DNA of 64,000 nucleotides from an uncultured Gemmatimonadales bacterium (GTDB lineage Bacteria; Gemmatimonadota; Gemmatimonadetes; Gemmatimonadales; GWC2-71-9): NCBI GenBank assembly GCA_963795085.1, contig CAWCFX010000001.1, positions 800,001 to 864,000 of the forward strand, read 5' to 3'. Shown piece by piece: positions 58,557 to 64,000 of this stretch (position 1 is its first letter; each line of letters starts with the position of its first letter). The notes under the pieces were generated by a model. It saw only the letters and a program-made list of their open reading frames with translations, ran no database searches and was not told where the DNA came from. The position numbers and the translations under genes were made by a program.

Positions 58557-60068
58557 ATGACCACCCCCGGCCTCGAGACCCGGCTCCCGCTCGCCGAGTC
58601 CTTTGCCGCCGAGTACCTGAGCTACTATCGCATCCTGCCGCTGGAGATCGTGGACCAGCGGCTCCGGGTCGCCGTGGCCGGGGAGTCCAACCCCGATGCC
58701 CTGGAAGACCTGGAGCTGAGCTTCGGGCTTCCGCTCGAGCTGGTCCCGGTGGGCGACGACGAGATCCAGGACGCCATCCGGCGCACCTTCGCCGCCTCCG
58801 AAACGGTGGTCGAGCTGGTGCGGGACCTCGATGCCACGGCCGGCGTGACCGAGGCGGGCGAAGACTTCTTGACCGACGCCCGCGACCTGGCCAACCAGCC
58901 CCCGGTCATCCGCTTCGTCAACCTCCTGATTCGGGAAGCCCACGACGCCGCAGCCAGCGACGTCCACCTGGAAGCCACCCGCGACGGCCTCCGCGTCCGA
59001 CTCCGCCTGGACGGGGTGCTGACCGAGCTGCCCTCACCCCCACGAGGGCTCCAGGCGGCGGTCGTCTCCCGGATCAAGCTCCTCGCCGAGCTGGATATCG
59101 CCGAGCGAAGGCTGCCGCAGGACGGGCGGATCCGGATGCGGCTGGAAAGCCGGGAGCTGGACCTCCGGGTCTCCTCGGTGCCCACCCTCTTCGGGGAATC
59201 CGTCGTCCTCCGGCTGCTCGACCGGGGCGGCCGCCCCGTCACCCTCCCCGAGCTGGGAATGCCGGCGGCCATGCTGGAGCTGTTCACCCGGCTCTGCTCC
59301 AGGGCCCACGGGATCATCCTCTCCACCGGGCCCACCGGCAGCGGCAAGACCACCACCCTCTATACCGCCCTGGGACTACGCCACCCTGCCGCAGAGAAGA
59401 TCATCACGGTCGAGGACCCGGTGGAGTATCACTTGGCCGGCATCACCCAGGTCCCGGTGCACGCCCGGTCCGGGATGACCTTCGCCGCCTCGCTCCGGAG
59501 CATCCTGCGGCAGGATCCCGACGTGCTGATGGTGGGGGAGATGCGGGACGCCGAAACCGCGGCGATCGCGGTGCAGGCGGCAATGACGGGACACCTGGTC
59601 TTCTCCACCCTCCATACCAACGACGCGGTGAGTGCGCTGACCCGGCTGCTGGATCTGAAGGTCGAATCCTACATGATCGCCGCCACGCTGGAAGCGGTGC
59701 TGGCCCAGCGGCTGGTCCGGCGGATCTGCACGCAGTGCGTGGAGGAGTACCAGCCCGATCCGGCCATGGTCGCGCTGATCGCGGACGCAGGCCTGGCCCT
59801 GGCCACTCGTGGCACTCCCCCCCCGAGGCTGGTCCGGGGATCCGGCTGCGCGCACTGCCGCCAGACCGGGTACAGAGGCCGGGTCGGCATCTTCGAGCTG
59901 CTGGTGCTGAACGATGCCATCCGGCAGCAGCTCCTCGCCTCGGCCAGTCACGCCGATCTTCGGCGTCTATCCCAGAAGGAAGGACTGGTGACCCTCAAGC
60001 AGGACGGGTGGCTCAAGGTGAAGGCGGGGATCACGACCATCGAGGAGGTGCTGCGTGTCGCGGACTGA
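58557..60068 (+). CDS. gspE: Type II secretion ATPase
   Basis: 'ASDVHLE', 'LDIAERRLPQDGR', GPTGSGKTTT, 'LRQDPDVLMVGEMRD', tetra-Cys motif. Confidence 0.95.
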   Translation: MTTPGLETRLPLAESFAAEYLSYYRILPLEIVDQRLRVAVAGESNPDALEDLELSFGLPLELVPVGDDEIQDAIRRTFAASETVVELVRDLDATAGVTEAGEDFLTDARDLANQPPVIRFVNLLIREAHDAAASDVHLEATRDGLRVRLRLDGVLTELPSPPRGLQAAVVSRIKLLAELDIAERRLPQDGRIRMRLESRELDLRVSSVPTLFGESVVLRLLDRGGRPVTLPELGMPAAMLELFTRLCSRAHGIILSTGPTGSGKTTTLYTALGLRHPAAEKIITVEDPVEYHLAGITQVPVHARSGMTFAASLRSILRQDPDVLMVGEMRDAETAAIAVQAAMTGHLVFSTLHTNDAVSALTRLLDLKVESYMIAATLEAVLAQRLVRRICTQCVEEYQPDPAMVALIADAGLALATRGTPPPRLVRGSGCAHCRQTGYRGRVGIFELLVLNDAIRQQLLASASHADLRRLSQKEGLVTLKQDGWLKVKAGITTIEEVLRVAD

Positions 60069-60534
60069 AGCGGGGCAGCGGGGCAGCGGGGCAGCGGGGC
60101 GGAACAACAGACGCGGATTCACCCTGATCGAGATCCTCGTTGTCATCGCCGTGATTGCGATCCTGGCCAGCATCGTGACCCCACTGGTCTTTCGCAACGT
60201 GGGCGATGCGAAGGTGGCATCGGCCCGGGCCCAGATCGAGATCCTGGCTACCGCCCTCGACTCCTACCGGCTCGACAACGACTACTACCCCTCCACGGCC
60301 CAGGGTCTGGCTGCGCTCCGCTTCAAGCCCCCAGGCCCGCCGGCGGCCGCCAACTGGCGCGGCCCCTATATAAGGAAGGACGTGCCGGACGATCCGTGGA
60401 ACCAGCCGTACCAGTACCTGAGCCCCGGGAAGGTGAATGCCGACTCGTACGACCTGTTGAGCCTGGGGCGGGACGGGCGGCCGGGCGGGGAAGGGGAGGA
60501 CGCCGATATCACCTCCTGGGGTTCCGCCCCGTGA
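60055..60534 (+). CDS. gspG: T2SS major pseudopilin
   Basis: 'GFTLIEILVV', 'YPSTAQGL', 'NWRGPY', 'DPWNQPY', 'SLGRDG...GEDADI'. Confidence 0.95.
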   Translation: MSRTEAGQRGSGAAGRNNRRGFTLIEILVVIAVIAILASIVTPLVFRNVGDAKVASARAQIEILATALDSYRLDNDYYPSTAQGLAALRFKPPGPPAAANWRGPYIRKDVPDDPWNQPYQYLSPGKVNADSYDLLSLGRDGRPGGEGEDADITSWGSAP

Positions 60535-61712
60535 CCGCCTACCGCTACCGCGCGGCCCGGTCGGACGGGCGCATAGTCACCGGGACCATGGATTCGTCCC
60601 GCGCGGCGGACCTCAACGAGGTTCTCTTCAGCCGGGGGCTCTACCCGATCGAGGTCGAGGCGGCCGGCCTAGAGTCCGATAACCGGCCTGCCCCGCGGCG
60701 GGACCTTGCACTCGTGTTCCGGAGCCTGGCCTCGCTGGTTGCCGCCGGCGTGCCGCTGGAGAAAGCGGTTGCCGCGACCGGCGGGGTCGCGCGGGGCAGG
60801 CTGGCCCCGCTCCTCCAGGCAGCGCGCAGCGCCCTCCGGGAGGGGCGGAGCCTGGCGCAGGCGCTGGAGTCGGGGTCGGGCCTGGTGCCCCGGCTGGCCA
60901 TCGGCATGGTCCGGGCCGGTGAACGCGGCGGCAGGCTCGGCACCGCCCTCGAGGAAGCCGCGACCCACCTGGAGCAGGAGGCGGAGCTGGTGGCCAGGGT
61001 GCGGCAGGCGCTCGCCTATCCGGTCCTGCTCGCCGCGGTGGGAACCGCGACGGTGCTGGTGATTGCCACCGTCGTGGTCCCCCGTTTCGCCGAGCTGCTG
61101 GAAGACTCCGGCCAGGCCCTCCCTCCGGCCACCACGGTACTGCTCGCCATCTCCGCTCTCCTCACACGGCACTGGATCCCGATGCTGCTGGTTGCCGTGG
61201 GCGGCATCTTCGCTCTCCGTGAGTGGCTCAAGCGCCCGTCCGCCCGGCGGGCGCTCCACCGCGGGTTGCTCACGATTCCGGCGCTGGGGCCGTTGCGCCT
61301 GTCGCTGGCGTCGGCCCGGTGCTGCCGTGCGCTGGGGGGGATGCTCGAAGCCGGGATGCCGCTGCTCCCGGCGCTGGATGCCTCGGAGGATGCCGTTGGG
61401 GACCAGGCGGTGATTGAACGGCTCCGGCGGGTGCGTGAGATGGTGGCCCAGGGGGCACCGGTGGCCCAGTCACTGGAGCGGGAGCGGGCTCTCACCCCGA
61501 TGGCCCATCAGCTCATCGCGGTGGGAGAATCGAGCGGCCAGCTCGGGACGATGGCGGCCCGGGCCGGCGATCTCGCCGCGCGGGAATCCGAACGCCAGCT
61601 CCGCGCCCTGGTCGGAATGATCGAGCCCGCGCTGATCGTGCTGTTCGGCGGAGTGGTCGCGTTCGTCGCCGCTGCGCTGCTCCAGGCGATGTATGGGCTG
61701 AGGGCACTGTGA
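60531..61712 (+). CDS. gspF: T2SS inner-membrane platform protein
   Basis: GTG overlaps the gspG stop; 'YRYRA', 'RAGERGG', 'ALAYP', 'GESSG', 'IEP'. Confidence 0.92.
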   Translation: MTAYRYRAARSDGRIVTGTMDSSRAADLNEVLFSRGLYPIEVEAAGLESDNRPAPRRDLALVFRSLASLVAAGVPLEKAVAATGGVARGRLAPLLQAARSALREGRSLAQALESGSGLVPRLAIGMVRAGERGGRLGTALEEAATHLEQEAELVARVRQALAYPVLLAAVGTATVLVIATVVVPRFAELLEDSGQALPPATTVLLAISALLTRHWIPMLLVAVGGIFALREWLKRPSARRALHRGLLTIPALGPLRLSLASARCCRALGGMLEAGMPLLPALDASEDAVGDQAVIERLRRVREMVAQGAPVAQSLERERALTPMAHQLIAVGESSGQLGTMAARAGDLAARESERQLRALVGMIEPALIVLFGGVVAFVAAALLQAMYGLRAL

Positions 61713-61978
61713 GCCGGGGAACGACGCTGGTGGAACTGGTCGTTGCCCTCGCCATTCTCGGGCTGATGGCCGGAATGACCGGCTTCGCGATCCACAGCCT
61801 GGCGCCGCGGGAGGAATCGCCCACCCGGCGGGCCATCGTCCGGGCCAGGGCCGAAGCCCTCGAGAAGGGGAGGCCGATTCGCCTCGTGATTGACACCGCC
61901 GGTTCCGCGGCCCCGCGGGCGCTGCTCTTTCTGCCGGACGGCCGGGTGTTGGGCGATACCGAGGCAGGCGCCCGGTGA
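61709..61978 (+). CDS. Short minor pseudopilin (GspH-like)
   Basis: Prepilin motif 'RGTTLVELVV'; C-terminal 'FLPDG'. Confidence 0.75.
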   Translation: MSRGTTLVELVVALAILGLMAGMTGFAIHSLAPREESPTRRAIVRARAEALEKGRPIRLVIDTAGSAAPRALLFLPDGRVLGDTEAGAR

Positions 61979-62328
61979 GGGGCACACCCCGCCACCGCTC
62001 CCGCAGCGGGGTCGCTCTGCTGGAAGCGCTGATCGCGCTGGCGATCCTGAGCGTGGCGGGGCTGTCGGTTGTCGCCCTGGTGGATTCCCTGGTTCGGGCC
62101 CAGGCCGCGGCGATGCACCGGGAACGGACCCTGACCTCCGCCGGCCGGGTCCTCGCGGCGGCCACCCTGCTCCGCCGGGAGGAACTGGACCAGCGGCTGG
62201 GCACCCGGGAAGTGGGCGAGTTCGTGCTCGACGTGCAACGTCCGGAAAAGTCGCTCTATCGCATCGCGATTGGCGAAACGGCGGTTCCCGCCGTCGAGCT
62301 CCTCGTCACCGTGGTCCACCGGCCATGA
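61975..62328 (+). CDS. Minor pseudopilin (GspI-like)
   Basis: 'SGVALLEALIALAIL'. Confidence 0.75.
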   Translation: MRGTPRHRSRSGVALLEALIALAILSVAGLSVVALVDSLVRAQAAAMHRERTLTSAGRVLAAATLLRREELDQRLGTREVGEFVLDVQRPEKSLYRIAIGETAVPAVELLVTVVHRP

Positions 62329-62852
62329 GCCGGCCGGCCGGGTTCACCCTGGTGGAACTCCTCGTGGCGTTGACCGTGGCCGGCGTGGTCGCCCTGCTCA
62401 CTCACCAGATCTTCGGGGCCGCCACGGGAGGGATGCAGCAGGTGGAAGCCGCCCGGCGCCAGTTCGAGCCGGAGCAGCTGGGGATTCGCTGGCTGGACGC
62501 CGCGTTCCTCTCGCTGGAGGCCGGCAACGGGGGCGCGGGGTTCGAAGGGCACGGCGACCGGATGGCGTTCTCCAGCTGGCTCGTCACCACCAACGGATGG
62601 CTGGAGCGTTCGCCGGTGGCGCTGCGGCTCGACCGGGGCCGGCTGGTAGCGGGCACCGCCCACGGTGACCTGGAGATCCTGTCCGGAGTCACCGCGCTCG
62701 CCTGTGATTACCTGCTCGACCCCGGACTCGACAGCCGCTGGGTGTCCGCCTGGGTTTCACCGCTGACCGCGCCGCTGGGGGTTCGGCTCCGGCTGGAGCG
62801 GCCTGGCGGGGAAGTGGACACGTTGCTCTTTCTGATCAAGGGACGCGGATGA
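62325..62852 (+). CDS. Minor pseudopilin (GspJ-like)
   Basis: 'AGFTLVELLVAL'; ATG overlaps the previous stop. Confidence 0.8.
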   Translation: MSRPAGFTLVELLVALTVAGVVALLTHQIFGAATGGMQQVEAARRQFEPEQLGIRWLDAAFLSLEAGNGGAGFEGHGDRMAFSSWLVTTNGWLERSPVALRLDRGRLVAGTAHGDLEILSGVTALACDYLLDPGLDSRWVSAWVSPLTAPLGVRLRLERPGGEVDTLLFLIKGRG

Positions 62853-63724
62853 ACCGCCGTGGATTCGCCCTGCTCGCCGTACTCTGGCTGATCACGATGC
62901 TGTCGGTGCTCATGGCGGCCGGGCTGGTCGCGGTACGCCACGGCCTCAAGGCCAGCGGCAACCGGGTCGTACTCACCCGGGCGGCCTGGGCCCGGGAGGC
63001 CTGCATCGAGATCATGCTCGCCCGGGGATTCACCACGGCGAGAAGCAGCCAGGTCGCGGTCACTGGCGTAAACGGCCGAGTTGATCTTGGCCGGGAGGCC
63101 TGGTGCGAGCTGCGGGTCGAGGATCCCTCGGCCGCGCTCAACCTGAACCTGGCCCCGGAAAGCGCGCTCCGGTCGTTCCTGGCCGACGACTCCCTGACCG
63201 ATGCCCTGCTTGACTGGCGGGACAAGGATGACCTGGCCCGGGTCGCGGGGGCGGAATCGGACTGGTACCGCCAACACCGCCGACCCACTCCGAGGAATGG
63301 CCCCCTCGTGTCGCTCCGGGAGCTTGCCCTGGTGCGCGGATTCGAGAACCTCGATTCGGCCCGACTGGCCGAGACCCTTACGGTGCGCGGGCGGGGGCAG
63401 GTCAACCTCAACCGGGCGGCTCCCGCGGTTCTCCGGGCCGTACTCGACGTCCCCGAGGAACTGGCCCGACTGATCCGCGAGCGCAACCAGCGGGGCCTCC
63501 CGGTGGAGAATCTCGACCATCTGATCGGGCTCGCGTCCCCCAGCCTGCGGCCGGTGCTGGCGGCCCGATACAAGGAGCTGATCCAGTCGGTGAGCTTTGC
63601 GCCGTCGGAACTGGTGGTGATCGCGACGGCCGGGGTGGGCGAGTCGCCGCTCCGTGCCACCGGTACGCTGACCGTAGTTCCCCTCTCTGGCCGGGTGGCG
63701 GTAATCCGCCGCCAGGTGGAATGA
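62849..63724 (+). CDS. gspK: T2SS minor pseudopilin K
   Basis: 'RGFALLAVLW', 'LLDWRDKD', 'GAESDWY', 'ELALVRG', 'VNLNRA'. Confidence 0.9.
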   Translation: MNRRGFALLAVLWLITMLSVLMAAGLVAVRHGLKASGNRVVLTRAAWAREACIEIMLARGFTTARSSQVAVTGVNGRVDLGREAWCELRVEDPSAALNLNLAPESALRSFLADDSLTDALLDWRDKDDLARVAGAESDWYRQHRRPTPRNGPLVSLRELALVRGFENLDSARLAETLTVRGRGQVNLNRAAPAVLRAVLDVPEELARLIRERNQRGLPVENLDHLIGLASPSLRPVLAARYKELIQSVSFAPSELVVIATAGVGESPLRATGTLTVVPLSGRVAVIRRQVE

Positions 63725-63730
63725 ACGCCT

Positions 63731-64000
63731 ATGCCGCGTGAGGTGCTCCGGCTCATGGTGAACGGGACGCGCGTGTCGGCGGACCTGGTCCGGGGCGCCC
63801 GAACCCTCTGGTCGGGCGAAGCCGGCTATTCCGGCATGGAGGACCTCGCGGAAGTGATCGCGCGGATCGCGGTGGAACCGCAGCTGGTGCGGCCCCGGAC
63901 CGCCGTGCGGGTCCAGGTGGAACGGCCGGTGATGCAAAGCCGGGTTCTCCACGATCTGCCGCCGGTCTCGAAGGCGGCACTGCGGCCGATGGTCGAGCGG
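63731..64000 (+). CDS. Probable GspL/PilM-like protein (partial, runs off window)
   Basis: Open frame from ATG 63731 directly after gspK; identity assigned by position only. Confidence 0.45.
   Translation, partial: MPREVLRLMVNGTRVSADLVRGARTLWSGEAGYSGMEDLAEVIARIAVEPQLVRPRTAVRVQVERPVMQSRVLHDLPPVSKAALRPMVER

Noticed and set aside
1..64000. tRNA/rRNA genes, riboswitches, integrase, prophage or reverse-transcriptase elements
   Set aside because: None recognised by eye; covariance-model searches would be needed to exclude small RNAs.

Overview
High-GC bacterial chromosomal segment; gene content and lipoprotein style suggest Gemmatimonadota (inference). About 55 coding regions. Core functions include an acyl-CoA dehydrogenase with a TetR regulator, a DNA-repair radical SAM gene, a multicopper oxidase, an NhaP2 antiporter, amtB, a Ser/Thr kinase, DNA polymerase IV, two tandem S8 lipoprotein proteases, pilT, trmJ, a complete alternative complex III operon (actABCDEF), an ECF sigma/anti-sigma pair, a blue-copper lipoprotein, an Slt transglycosylase, an M6 protease and an RCC1-repeat lipoprotein. 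Most notable: (1) at 51-64 kb, a sigma54 activator, a signal-peptide Rhs protein with an HExxH C-terminal toxin, a candidate immunity gene and a type II secretion operon, with matching sigma54-like promoters before rhs and gspE; (2) a four-gene probable sphingolipid operon (Spt, CerS-like GNAT, CerR-like SDR, AUR1/PAP2-like); (3) a GlnA C-terminal mini-ORF with its own promoter in place of glnK upstream of amtB; (4) a GxxExxY gene inside imperfect inverted repeats; (5) a 1.1-kb REP/BIME-like palindromic array and many intergenic short tandem repeats. Several single-base frameshifts may be assembly errors. No rRNA, tRNA, cas or integrase genes were recognised. All family assignments come from motif recognition by eye, not database searches.
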